Part shown: piece after piece, positions 27,786 to 36,447 of the stretch | Layout: every line of letters starts with the position of its first letter | How positions within the stretch are numbered: the first letter of the stretch is position 1 | DNA from: a virus | Taxonomy: Duplodnaviria > Caudoviricetes | IMG/VR virus record: IMGVR_UViG_3300018432_000017 | Coordinates: 1 to 52,149 of that record | Reading direction: 5' to 3' (one strand) | Length of the DNA stretch: 52,149 nucleotides | Position numbers and translations under genes: made by a program | Notes under the pieces: model-generated | Databases searched by the model: none | Seen by the model: only the letters and a program-made list of their open reading frames with translations | What the model was told of the DNA's origin: nothing

Positions 27786-28163
27786 TTATGTCCCGTCCGT
27801 ACGCTCGGTGAAGTCCAGGTAACGGTGCGCATGAAGCCGGGCGAAAGCTGCTCGACCCTCCTCGGTATCAAACTCCCAGAAGGAAGACTCCGCCCCCAGC
27901 TCCTTACACACTTCGCACCGGGCGAGGTAGGAGATGTGGTACAGGCCGAAGCGATAGAGTGCGATCTGGAACCGGTGGGAGGGATCCTTCTCCATGTGCT
28001 CCAGCAACGTCTCTAGCTCGGAGAGGAAGCGCTTGACATTGTCGTCCGCCCCGGCGGTAGGGAGCGCTCCGACAACCGACAGCCCCCACCGGGTCATCGG
28101 CTCGCCTAGCTTCTCCGCCATCTCATCAACGCTGATCTGGGTATAGACCCTCTGTTCAGGCAT
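27786..28163 (-). CDS. hypothetical protein with C-terminal CxxC..H motif
   Basis: ARCEVC...F..LH; start ATG 28163. Confidence 0.6.
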   Translation of the reverse strand: MPEQRVYTQISVDEMAEKLGEPMTRWGLSVVGALPTAGADDNVKRFLSELETLLEHMEKDPSHRFQIALYRFGLYHISYLARCEVCKELGAESSFWEFDTEEGRAAFARLHAHRYLDFTERTDGT

Positions 28164-28302
28164 AGCAGACAACTCCCACTAGTAGTGCGAATATAGATAG
28201 CAAAGCGGCCCAAACGAGGAAGGCAGCGCCGATCGAGACCGCACGCTGCCAACCCTCGTTGTACGGGGAGCTAAGCTCCGTAATCCTCTTGATCTTCTTC
28301 AT
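28156..28302 (-). CDS. small membrane protein (48 aa)
   Basis: hand-translated MKKIKRITELSSPYNEGWQRAVSIGAAFLVWAALLSIFALLVGVVCYA. Confidence 0.5.
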   Translation of the reverse strand: MKKIKRITELSSPYNEGWQRAVSIGAAFLVWAALLSIFALLVGVVCYA

Positions 28303-28477
28303 GCTCGACAATCGCTCGATTCCACAAGATGCAGAAGACTAGCGCGGTAACCGCCGAGCCCAACGCCGCGATAGCAGCGAGCCACGAGGGCCATAGAGCG
28401 AATAGGATCTGTGATGCGCCGGTGAGGCCCAGGAATAGCAGCACCCACCGCATCCAGAACCGCGCGCGCGAGCTCAT
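28271..28477 (-). CDS. small membrane protein
   Basis: two TM helices. Confidence 0.6.
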   Translation of the reverse strand: MSSRARFWMRWVLLFLGLTGASQILFALWPSWLAAIAALGSAVTALVFCILWNRAIVEHEEDQEDYGA

Positions 28478-29553
28478 TGCTTGCCGATCCTGTTACGGGG
28501 CGAGGGGAGGAAGACCCGGTTGCTCTGCTTAGCCCACGGGAACGCGCACTGCTCCTCGACGTTCTCCCAGCCCTGGAACGTGCACTTCCGCTCCTTCGAG
28601 CCGAGCCCTCCGCACACCGTACAGTCGACTAGGGCGATGTCCGGCTCAACCGGAGTCGGGTCCTCCGGGCTGTACGCCACGCCGTCGTAATAGAGCTTCC
28701 CGGAGCCGGCGCAACTCCAACACAGGGCGCCCTTCTCGCAGCTGATCTTGACGTACGGCTCCAGGAAGGGGTGCGCCGCAAGCAAAGCGGACCGCATCGC
28801 GCGGGCAGCGGCCACCATCTCCCACTGGAACATCGAGCAGCCCCGGTAGGCGAACATGGCGATGAACTCGCGGATCGAGTACTCGCACAGAATGTAGTTG
28901 GTGGTGCCCTCCGGCAAGATATAGCGAGCGTCCTGATAGGAGATCCCCGCATCGCACGCCGCCTTGTATGCGGCCCATGACGCCTTCAGGGCCTCCTTCC
29001 AGAGGTGCATAACCCGGTGCTCCCATAGGTCCGGGTCGTCCTCCGTCGCGAGGATCGACATAGGCCAGCGCTGGTTCGGCCGGTCTCCGTACCACGTAGC
29101 CCGCTGGGACTGCTGGTGGAAAGCCGCGCGCCGGGACCGGACTAGCTGGTGCGTGAGGACGCGAGAGGCGCCTATGACCTCGAACACAATCACCTGCGAT
29201 TCCAGTGCCGTCTGGAGCCCTCCCTTGAACATCTCCTCCGGGTCGGTCGCCTCCTCGGGCTCGTTCGGGTTGACGCCGTTGGTAGCGCGAATCGCCCGGC
29301 GGAGAGTCTTCGAGAGCTGCGCCTCATCGACCCCCTGGACCAGGCTCACCTCCAGGTTGTCCGCTCCGAAGTCGACGCGGCCCGTGTCGTACGGAGAGAC
29401 GTGCCCGCCCCCGTTGCGATCGTGGTTGTTGAAAGCCTTGTCGGCAAACAGAAGCTGCTCGCTGACCATGCTGCGCGAGAAGATCACCGACTCCGGCATG
29501 TCCCGGTACGGCGCTGCTCCCCGGTGCGCATGGAGCCAATTCATGTTGGCCAT
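28474..29553 (-). CDS. thyX: ThyX-like flavin-dependent thymidylate synthase (divergent, with Zn-finger insert)
   Basis: SRVLTHQLVRSR..F.QQSQR, QDARYILPEG, QWE motifs; CxxCxGxG pair near the C-terminus. Confidence 0.82.
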   Translation of the reverse strand: MANMNWLHAHRGAAPYRDMPESVIFSRSMVSEQLLFADKAFNNHDRNGGGHVSPYDTGRVDFGADNLEVSLVQGVDEAQLSKTLRRAIRATNGVNPNEPEEATDPEEMFKGGLQTALESQVIVFEVIGASRVLTHQLVRSRRAAFHQQSQRATWYGDRPNQRWPMSILATEDDPDLWEHRVMHLWKEALKASWAAYKAACDAGISYQDARYILPEGTTNYILCEYSIREFIAMFAYRGCSMFQWEMVAAARAMRSALLAAHPFLEPYVKISCEKGALCWSCAGSGKLYYDGVAYSPEDPTPVEPDIALVDCTVCGGLGSKERKCTFQGWENVEEQCAFPWAKQSNRVFLPSPRNRIGKQ

Positions 29554-29729
29554 CCCTCAATACCTTCCAGTTGGTTTGCTACTATGAGACCGATGGCACT
29601 TACTGTCCAGGCAAACTCGCCTAGCTCATCCCCATCATCCGACTGAACCCCGCACATCGTAAGCGCTACGGCCCAGGACCCCGCAGAGGCGACGACGCAT
29701 CTAGCCCACACCGCCGCGAGCCCTCTCAC
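29541..29729 (-). CDS. small membrane protein
   Basis: two hydrophobic segments, GTGA-coupled. Confidence 0.45.
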   Translation of the reverse strand: MRGLAAVWARCVVASAGSWAVALTMCGVQSDDGDELGEFAWTVSAIGLIVANQLEGIEGWPT

Positions 29730-29896
29730 TTCGAGGCCGGCTCAGTCTTAGGGGCGGGAACGGGAGCCGGGACTACGGGGTTGACTAGCGAGCACTTGCA
29801 GATATGTTGGGCAAGGGCAACGGCGCCCCACTGGGTGTTGGCCGTAACAAACTCCTTGCAGCCCGAGCACTTCAGGAATGCGACCCTCTCAATCAT
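29726..29896 (-). CDS. small Cys/His protein (56 aa)
   Basis: hand-translated MIERVAFLKCSGC...HICKC; GAGGAGGG RBS. Confidence 0.55.
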   Translation of the reverse strand: MIERVAFLKCSGCKEFVTANTQWGAVALAQHICKCSLVNPVVPAPVPAPKTEPASK

Positions 29897-30197
29897 GAGT
29901 CAGGCCCTCCTCGTTGACAAAAGGGCAGTCGCCCAGACCGAGCAACCGGGGGCAGTGCGTGCTTACGTGGCGTAGCAACCGGTCCAGCGACTCGCGCTGC
30001 CGGGCAACCCTCTGGTCGGCGTCCGTCTGGAACTTCGCGCCGATGATCCGGCCGACAACCATAAACTTCTCGCCCGCCCCGCGCTGGGCTCGCTCGACGT
30101 TAAGAGCCCATCCGGTCGTCTTGTTGTCCTTCGTGCCGATGATCTCCAGAATCTCGTTCGGTTCCGGCACGTACAGGGCTTCCCGATTGACGGACAT
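29889..30197 (-). CDS. hypothetical protein
   Basis: start ATG 30197 after GAGGAG. Confidence 0.6.
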   Translation of the reverse strand: MSVNREALYVPEPNEILEIIGTKDNKTTGWALNVERAQRGAGEKFMVVGRIIGAKFQTDADQRVARQRESLDRLLRHVSTHCPRLLGLGDCPFVNEEGLTHD

Positions 30198-30327
30198 CCG
30201 GGACTCCTCTCTCACTCGCTGCGATCTGATTTACGCGCTCTCGGGCCGCTATGACCCATCCCTCTACCACGATATCTCCTTCCCGCCGCAAGCCTAGTTT
30301 ACGATCGGGAACTGCCGCTACAGGCAT
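30100..30327 (-). CDS. possible small protein
   Basis: ATG just after the dnaE stop; long overlap with the next gene lowers confidence. Confidence 0.3.
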   Translation of the reverse strand: MPVAAVPDRKLGLRREGDIVVEGWVIAARERVNQIAASERGVPDVRQSGSPVRAGTERDSGDHRHEGQQDDRMGS

Positions 30328-30332
30328 ATTTC

Positions 30333-33300
30333 CTACTCCGGGTTGATAACAAACATTTGCTGGACGTACAGGCTCGCACCGAAGCCGCCCTTGCTCTTCC
30401 TGGCCTCGACGTACAGCACGTCCGTCCCGAGCCGCAGCCTCTCGATAGCGGCCTTGAACTTCGGGTAGTTGAACCGGGTGACCCGCACGTACACATCTTC
30501 ATCCCCGTCGTCCTTGCAGTGGATGACGCAGGAGGTGGGGAGGTCCGGCCGGTCAATCGACGCGCGGATCTCCTCGACGCTCTTGCCGGACCGAGCCCGC
30601 TCATCCTCGAAGATGTCCTTGTACTCCTTCCGCCCCGGCACGCCCATCCAGCGGAGCGAGGTTCCGCCCTCGGCTTCAAGGATCCCGTCAGAGTTCATAT
30701 CCGGCATAGGCAACGGGATCTCGCCGCTACGGATCGACTTCCGGACCTCCGCGAGCGCGTTGGCAATCTTGTCGACCCCAAACGGGTCCTCCGCCTCCGC
30801 GAAGGTCCGAAAGCTCTGGATCGTCTTGGAGCCGATGCCCCGGACCTCCAACAGATCCTCGAAGCCCTTAATCGGCTTCTCCCGTGCGTGCGCCACGATC
30901 CTGTCCGCAGTTACCGCTCCGACCCCCGGCACCTGTAGCCAACCGGCTAGCACACTTCCCTCGGGTGTTACCGACCAGTCCGCCTCCGACCGCGCTGGAT
31001 CGAGCGGGATGACCGAGATCCCGTGCCGACCCGCGTCCTTCAGCAGAGCGTGCAGTGTCGCCTCCGAGTTGGCCCCTCCGCTCGCGTTCCGGAGCGCAGC
31101 GGCGTAGAACGGGGCGGGGTGATAGACCTTGAACCACATGCACCAGAAGGCGATCATTGAGTACGACACGCAGTGCGCAACGTTGAAGGCATAGGTAGCG
31201 GCGGTCACGAGCCGGCCCCAGATCTTGTGGGCGGTGTCCCGGTCGATCCCGTGGAGTCGAGCCGCCCCCGCAGCGAAGCTATCCGCGCTCTCGTTGAACT
31301 TAGCCTCACCGAGCTTCTTGGAGATGATCTTCCGGATCTCGTGGACCTCTTCGACCGGGAGCCCTCCGATGATCTCCAGGATCTTAAGGATCTGCTCCTG
31401 GTAGATGATCTCGCCGTTGGTCGCCTTCGTTAGCTCATCAATGATCGGATGGAAATGCTTCTTCTCCGCCCGGCCAAACTTGACGTTGATGTAGTCGCCG
31501 GTGGTGCCCGAGAAGAGGGGTCCGGGGCGGGACATCGCATTCACCGCCGCCAGCTCCATGAAGTCGTTCGGCTTGACGTCCCGGTTCACGAGCCGCGTTG
31601 CGCGACCCTCCCACTGGAAGACGCCGATGACGTCGTTGCGGCGGAAGGCTTCCATCACCTTCTCGTCGTCCATCTTGATCCGGTAGAGGTCTTCCAGGGT
31701 AAGGCCGGCGAGGTCCAGTGCCGCCCCGAGCATCTCCATAGTCGAGAGCCCGAGGAAGTCCACCTTCAGCAACCCAAGGTACTCCGCGTCATACTTGTCA
31801 ACGGCGACAACGGTTACCGGGTGCCCGCGCACCTCCTTCGCATACGAGGCAGTGATCTCATCCAGGTGCGCATTCGTCACCACGAGGCCGGCGGCGTGGA
31901 CATTGAGGCCCCGGTAGTCACCTTCGAGGTCCGCAGCCTTCCAGAGGGCGGGATACCGCTCGAACACGTCCTTCACTACGGGGAACATCTCGACGGTATC
32001 GGCTAGCGTGAAGTCAGCGCGGGAGTCTCCGCCCGAGCGCTCGATGAGCATGCCCTTGACGGTCTCCGCCTCAAACTTTGGGACCTCGTGGACCCGCGCT
32101 ACGTCATCAATCGAGTTCCGCCCCCGGTACCGGACGTAGTTGGCGAGGTTGCCGACCGAGCCGGCGCCGTACCGCCCTTCGAGGAAGGTCCGAATCTCAT
32201 GCCGGCGGTTGGACGCGAAGTCGAGATCGATATCAGGGATATCCGTACGGGTCGGATCGATGAACCGCTCGAAGTACATGAGCGGGTATTCCATAGGATC
32301 GATCTCGGTGATGCGCAACAGATAGCACACGAGCGAGGCCGCAGCCGAACCTCGGGCGGGACCCACCAGCACGCCCGCCTCCTTCGCGAAGCGGGTTGCG
32401 TCCGCCGTCATGACGAAGTAGTCGATGAAGTCCTTTGCCTTGATATCACCCATCTCCCGGTCGATCCGGTCCTTGTACTCCGCTGCGTGCTTGACCATTC
32501 GCTGGTTGCCCTGCCGGACCCGGTAGCTCCACCCCTCCCGCATCCACGCCCAGATCAGCTCCTCCGAGGTCGCCCCAGGCATTACCTGCTCGACTGGGAA
32601 CCGCAGCAGCTCCGCCTTCGGGAGGATCACGTTACACCGGTCGGCAATCTCTACCGTCGAGCGAGCCGCCTCCCGCGCTCCGGCTAGGGAAAGTCCGGTG
32701 GCGCGTAGTCGATCGATAACCAGGCGGTCAGAGGTCGGGTGAGTGAGCCGGATGTCATACTCCCACCCCTCCATCTGTCGGGCGACGGTATTATTGCCCC
32801 GGTGCGCCGCATGTAGGATGACCTGAATTTCGTTGTCATTGGGTTGAGGATAATGAACATCTGCCGTCGCGGCAAGCGGAATCCCCAGGCGCGCTCCCAT
32901 ATCTTCAAAGGCCGGGTTGAGCGTCCGGGTGCGCTCCAACTCGGGGAACATCTGCGTTTCGAGATAGAAGCGGTCACCGAAGATGCTCTTGAACTGCGAG
33001 GCCACGCGCTCGGCGCGACGGAGAGAGGCTTCCTCCTCTGGGATCGTCTTACCGCCCAGCAGCGAGCATGACAGCATTGAGTCGGCACACCCAGAGAGAA
33101 CCACCAACCCTTCGCTGTGATCCCGAAGCATTGCCCCGTCAACCGTTGGCCAGTAATAGAACTTCTCCGCCCAGCTACGGCTGACAATCCGGTTGAGGTT
33201 CGCATACCCCTCCTGGTTCTCCGCGAGGATGGTGAGGTGGAACTTCCTCTGGGTTTTCGGCTCCGGCTGAAAGTAGGCTTCAAGCCCGAAGAGAGGTTTG

Positions 33301-33476
33301 ATGCCGACCTTCCGGCAAGCCTTCTCGTGTTGAGGGTGCGACGAGACATTCCCGTGCTCCGTAACCGCTTGCGCCGTCATGCCAAGCTCGGCACTCCTCA
33401 GCGCGTGCTTGTAAGGAGTGCCGTGCCCGTCTCCGAATGAAAACGTGGTGTGGTGATGTATCGATACGTACTTGAT
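30333..33476 (-). CDS. dnaE: DNA polymerase III alpha subunit (DnaE), probable ATC start
   Basis: PHP motif HHHTTFSFGDG lies upstream of the listed ATG; GPARGSAAAS, PDIDLDF, KVDFLGL, YQEQI, YAFN motifs. Confidence 0.93.
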   Translation of the reverse strand: MKYVSIHHHTTFSFGDGHGTPYKHALRSAELGMTAQAVTEHGNVSSHPQHEKACRKVGIKPLFGLEAYFQPEPKTQRKFHLTILAENQEGYANLNRIVSRSWAEKFYYWPTVDGAMLRDHSEGLVVLSGCADSMLSCSLLGGKTIPEEEASLRRAERVASQFKSIFGDRFYLETQMFPELERTRTLNPAFEDMGARLGIPLAATADVHYPQPNDNEIQVILHAAHRGNNTVARQMEGWEYDIRLTHPTSDRLVIDRLRATGLSLAGAREAARSTVEIADRCNVILPKAELLRFPVEQVMPGATSEELIWAWMREGWSYRVRQGNQRMVKHAAEYKDRIDREMGDIKAKDFIDYFVMTADATRFAKEAGVLVGPARGSAAASLVCYLLRITEIDPMEYPLMYFERFIDPTRTDIPDIDLDFASNRRHEIRTFLEGRYGAGSVGNLANYVRYRGRNSIDDVARVHEVPKFEAETVKGMLIERSGGDSRADFTLADTVEMFPVVKDVFERYPALWKAADLEGDYRGLNVHAAGLVVTNAHLDEITASYAKEVRGHPVTVVAVDKYDAEYLGLLKVDFLGLSTMEMLGAALDLAGLTLEDLYRIKMDDEKVMEAFRRNDVIGVFQWEGRATRLVNRDVKPNDFMELAAVNAMSRPGPLFSGTTGDYINVKFGRAEKKHFHPIIDELTKATNGEIIYQEQILKILEIIGGLPVEEVHEIRKIISKKLGEAKFNESADSFAAGAARLHGIDRDTAHKIWGRLVTAATYAFNVAHCVSYSMIAFWCMWFKVYHPAPFYAAALRNASGGANSEATLHALLKDAGRHGISVIPLDPARSEADWSVTPEGSVLAGWLQVPGVGAVTADRIVAHAREKPIKGFEDLLEVRGIGSKTIQSFRTFAEAEDPFGVDKIANALAEVRKSIRSGEIPLPMPDMNSDGILEAEGGTSLRWMGVPGRKEYKDIFEDERARSGKSVEEIRASIDRPDLPTSCVIHCKDDGDEDVYVRVTRFNYPKFKAAIERLRLGTDVLYVEARKSKGGFGASLYVQQMFVINPE

Positions 33477-33509
33477 GGTTATCGCCTCCGGTCGGGAAGC
33501 CTACTGCCT

Positions 33510-33707
33510 TCAGAACTCGAAGTGTCGCCTAAAGATGATCCAGTGGCAGCCCTTGTCGGTATTGATCCAAATGCCATTGATCTTCCAGGGGCGAGTTTGT
33601 CCCTTCAGAACCGCGCGACCCTTCCTCTCAGCAAAGCTGAAGCCGATCCCCTTACGGAGCATGAAGTACGGCTTGCCATTCGGCATGACCTCGTGCGTGA
33701 TCTTCAC
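33510..33707 (-). CDS. small basic protein
   Basis: 65 aa, coupled GTG start. Confidence 0.55.
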   Translation of the reverse strand: MKITHEVMPNGKPYFMLRKGIGFSFAERKGRAVLKGQTRPWKINGIWINTDKGCHWIIFRRHFEF

Positions 33708-33904
33708 TCAATCCAGCCTCTCCGGAGCGCGAGCGCTACCGCAGCCGTCCGGCTCTGCAGGTGGTGCTTCATCATGAACTTCCGGAGGTGCGTCTTGACC
33801 GTGTCGGCAACAACGAACATCTTCCGGGCCGTTTGCTCGGTGGACAGTCCGTCCGCTAAATGCTGCAGGACCATCTTTTGCTGCTCGGTAATCTCAGGGT
33901 TCAC
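33704..33904 (-). CDS. LuxR/NarL-type HTH regulator
   Basis: LADGLS..Q.A..MFV..DTVKTHL....K.....R..AVA.A.R.G. Confidence 0.85.
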   Translation of the reverse strand: MNPEITEQQKMVLQHLADGLSTEQTARKMFVVADTVKTHLRKFMMKHHLQSRTAAVALALRRGWIE

Positions 33905-34368
33905 CTAACTCCCTCCGCAGTGTCTAGGGTGATGTCGCCGCAGTTCTCCTCGGTGACCTCCGGCAGCGCCGAGACCGAGCCGGGGTTGACGTCCTTAAGC
34001 TCCATCTCCACGGGAGCGGACTTCCGCGATATCTCCTGCAGTCCAGTGCTATCGGTCGGGACCACGGTAACCTCGACAACGGTTGTAAGCTCCTGGATGA
34101 CGGAGCCGTTGTCGCCGGCCTTCCAGACGGAGAAGGCGCATGTCTGCTTGTTGTTGCCGAAGGGCCAGAGCCAGAAGGCGGCGTGCACCTTGATGACGCC
34201 GACAGCCGCAAAGCCGTTGTCCTGCAACACCTTCCGGGGATCAAAGGGCGTGCTGTCGCTACCGGAGTCGGATCCGGAGTCAGACCCGAAGTTGCCGGAG
34301 TCCGGGTCGGTGCCGCAGCCCGTCAGAACGAGGGTGAGCACGAGAGCGGTGGTGAGCTTGCGGATCAT
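33901..34368 (-). CDS. lipoprotein
   Basis: signal peptide with lipobox LTGC. Confidence 0.75.
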   Translation of the reverse strand: MIRKLTTALVLTLVLTGCGTDPDSGNFGSDSGSDSGSDSTPFDPRKVLQDNGFAAVGVIKVHAAFWLWPFGNNKQTCAFSVWKAGDNGSVIQELTTVVEVTVVPTDSTGLQEISRKSAPVEMELKDVNPGSVSALPEVTEENCGDITLDTAEGVR

Positions 34369-34664
34369 TCGAATCTCCTCAGATATTCTGCAACGGCTAG
34401 TTCGGTCTTGATCATGTTGGAGCAGCGCGCTACCTCGGAGATCCAGAATCCCCGTAGCGCCACGAGGTCGGAGAGCCGGAAGTCATGCTCAACGTCCTTC
34501 CGGAGCTTCATCGGGTCCGGCTCCCGCGCTACGTGCGTCGCATGGATCCGGTTCCACTCAGCGTCCGCCTTCTCCGCCCGTTCGTTGGCGTAGCGCATCC
34601 GGCTCCGAAGCTTCTGGATTATGCCCGGTGTGATCTTTCCGGGCCGTTCATCCTCGGGTTTCAC
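34365..34664 (-). CDS. hypothetical protein
   Basis: GTG 34664 after GGAGGG; helical. Confidence 0.6.
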   Translation of the reverse strand: MKPEDERPGKITPGIIQKLRSRMRYANERAEKADAEWNRIHATHVAREPDPMKLRKDVEHDFRLSDLVALRGFWISEVARCSNMIKTELAVAEYLRRFE

Positions 34665-35350
34665 AGCAATCCCTCCTGTTGCAGCTCCTCGATCCGCTTG
34701 CCCATCTCTTCCCAGTGCCGCTCCATAGCCGGCTGGAAACTCGGGTTGCGGAGCCCGTAGGCCGGGTGGTACTGGTGGCATATGAAGGTCTTGCCCCGCA
34801 ACGGGTATACGTCACCCCGGTTAGGGAGCGTTCCCCAGCCGCCTAGCGTCCTGCCGGCGACCGAGCCCACGGCGATGATCAGCCTAGGCTTCCCGCACAA
34901 CCTCCATTCCTCTCGCAGCCACCGCGCGGCCCATAGCTCATCCGCTGACGTCGGAGTCCTATGCGGACGCGGCAGGTACTTGATCGTGTTGGTCAGGAAC
35001 ACATTCGGTAGGTGCTGAATCTCCGCCTCTCCCGCCTCCACGTCCGGGGGTACGGAGACCTCCCGCCGAGCGTACAGACCGGCGAGCGCCATCAGTTGAG
35101 ACAGGACATGACCGGACGGACCGATGAACGGCTCCCGCTTCAGCTCCTCCTGCGCGCCCGGAGCCTCCCCTACGACCATCGCGAGCGGGTCGGTAGAGTT
35201 GCCGATCCCCGGAACCAGCTTCGCTCCTAGCTCCCGGTACCGCGCCCACTCTCCGCACACGTCCATCTGGTCGTAGAAGTCGTCCAGATCCTCAGCTTTC
35301 ACCGGAGTGTCGAAGCGCGGTCGGGTGTCGTCCGCTCCCCGGAAGGCCAT
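34661..35350 (-). CDS. uracil-DNA glycosylase, family 4-like
   Basis: VGEAPG..E.....PFIGPSG, FLTN, YHPAY.LRNP; start ATG 35350. Confidence 0.88.
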   Translation of the reverse strand: MAFRGADDTRPRFDTPVKAEDLDDFYDQMDVCGEWARYRELGAKLVPGIGNSTDPLAMVVGEAPGAQEELKREPFIGPSGHVLSQLMALAGLYARREVSVPPDVEAGEAEIQHLPNVFLTNTIKYLPRPHRTPTSADELWAARWLREEWRLCGKPRLIIAVGSVAGRTLGGWGTLPNRGDVYPLRGKTFICHQYHPAYGLRNPSFQPAMERHWEEMGKRIEELQQEGLL

Positions 35351-35351
35351 C

Positions 35352-35816
35352 TCAAAACCCTCCCTCTGTTCCGTCGTCCATCGGTAGGCGGATCGGCTCG
35401 TGGATCGAGGCGCCCTTAGGCTGAGCGCACATCGGACCGGCGCCATCGCCCAGGATCCCGGTGCACAGCGCTCCATACCCGACAAACGGGTGCCTCTTCC
35501 CGACGATCTTCCGGCTTCCCACGGGAGTTCCCGAGAGATCCGGTCCATACTCAGCGTCCCAGTCGACTATCGCGAGGAGAGCATGGCCGACGATCTCTAG
35601 CAGTATTGTCCGGGGATCCTCGCGCATCGCGACATTCGTACCGTCCCACAGGATCGGCTTGAGCTTCGAGACCTTCTTGTGAAGGCCGTGGAACTCCGCC
35701 CGGATACCTAGCTCGCGCACCTCCGGATACTCCGCGTTCCAGGCGAGGAAGCGGCTCTTGAACTCCGGTAGCAGGTTGTCGAAGATGTAGGTAAGCTCTT
35801 CATCCCGCTTGCCCAT
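35352..35816 (-). CDS. nucleotide-modification-associated (Nmad1/DUF1599, MazG-like all-helical) protein
   Basis: F...NAEY....LG..AEF..L.KK..KLK...W......E.....L.EIVGHALL pattern. Confidence 0.6.
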   Translation of the reverse strand: MGKRDEELTYIFDNLLPEFKSRFLAWNAEYPEVRELGIRAEFHGLHKKVSKLKPILWDGTNVAMREDPRTILLEIVGHALLAIVDWDAEYGPDLSGTPVGSRKIVGKRHPFVGYGALCTGILGDGAGPMCAQPKGASIHEPIRLPMDDGTEGGF

Positions 35817-36447
35817 TTTCAAACCTCCAGGTCAGGATCGACTCCGCCGCAAACAGCCACATATGGCTTGCGTCCTTGACTCTCATGAATCCGGTCGTAT
35901 GTTGATTGTAGGGCTGATCCCGAATTGCGACTAGCGGGAAGTACTTGTTAGCTTCTAGACACATCTCGGGAAGGTCATCGATCACCCCGGCGACCCGCGA
36001 GCCGGCCTGCCGGTGCAGCTCCTTGTACTTGTCATCCCCGAACAGCAACCCATCCGGCTCGATTCCCGCCCGGCGCAGACACTCCCGCGTGTCCGGGTCG
36101 ATGTTGTCTAGCCGGAGGTAGGGGCGGGTGGTACACAACCACAGCTCCGCCCCTACCGTCTTCACGTTGTCGGCAAACCGTTTGATACCCGGATACATCG
36201 GCATCCACCGCTTGTTCCCGCCCTGCCGGAAGGCTAGCTTGCACTCGCGGTACGCCTCCTGCGTAACCCCCATGAACTTCCACAGAGGCTGACCGGGGTT
36301 GATCTGGTCGGCCGGCGGCATCTCCTTCCCCATGAACTTCCGCGCGAAGTCGAGAAAGTGCGAGTGGTAGTCGCCCAGGGTGCCGTCGATATCGCATGCA
36401 ATGATGGGGATCCCCTCCCCGTTGGTCTTAACCACGGGGATTCGCAA
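35800..36447 (-). CDS. HAD-family 5'(3')-nucleotidase/phosphatase
   Basis: DIDGTL motif I, TTR motif II, K, IDD motif IV, QPYNQ. Confidence 0.85.
   Translation of the reverse strand: MRIPVVKTNGEGIPIIACDIDGTLGDYHSHFLDFARKFMGKEMPPADQINPGQPLWKFMGVTQEAYRECKLAFRQGGNKRWMPMYPGIKRFADNVKTVGAELWLCTTRPYLRLDNIDPDTRECLRRAGIEPDGLLFGDDKYKELHRQAGSRVAGVIDDLPEMCLEANKYFPLVAIRDQPYNQHTTGFMRVKDASHMWLFAAESILTWRFENGQAG

Noticed and set aside
30333-33476. Intein or intron in DnaE (also considered for the terminase and helicase)
   Set aside because: Frames are continuous, lengths are ordinary and no intein splice motifs were seen
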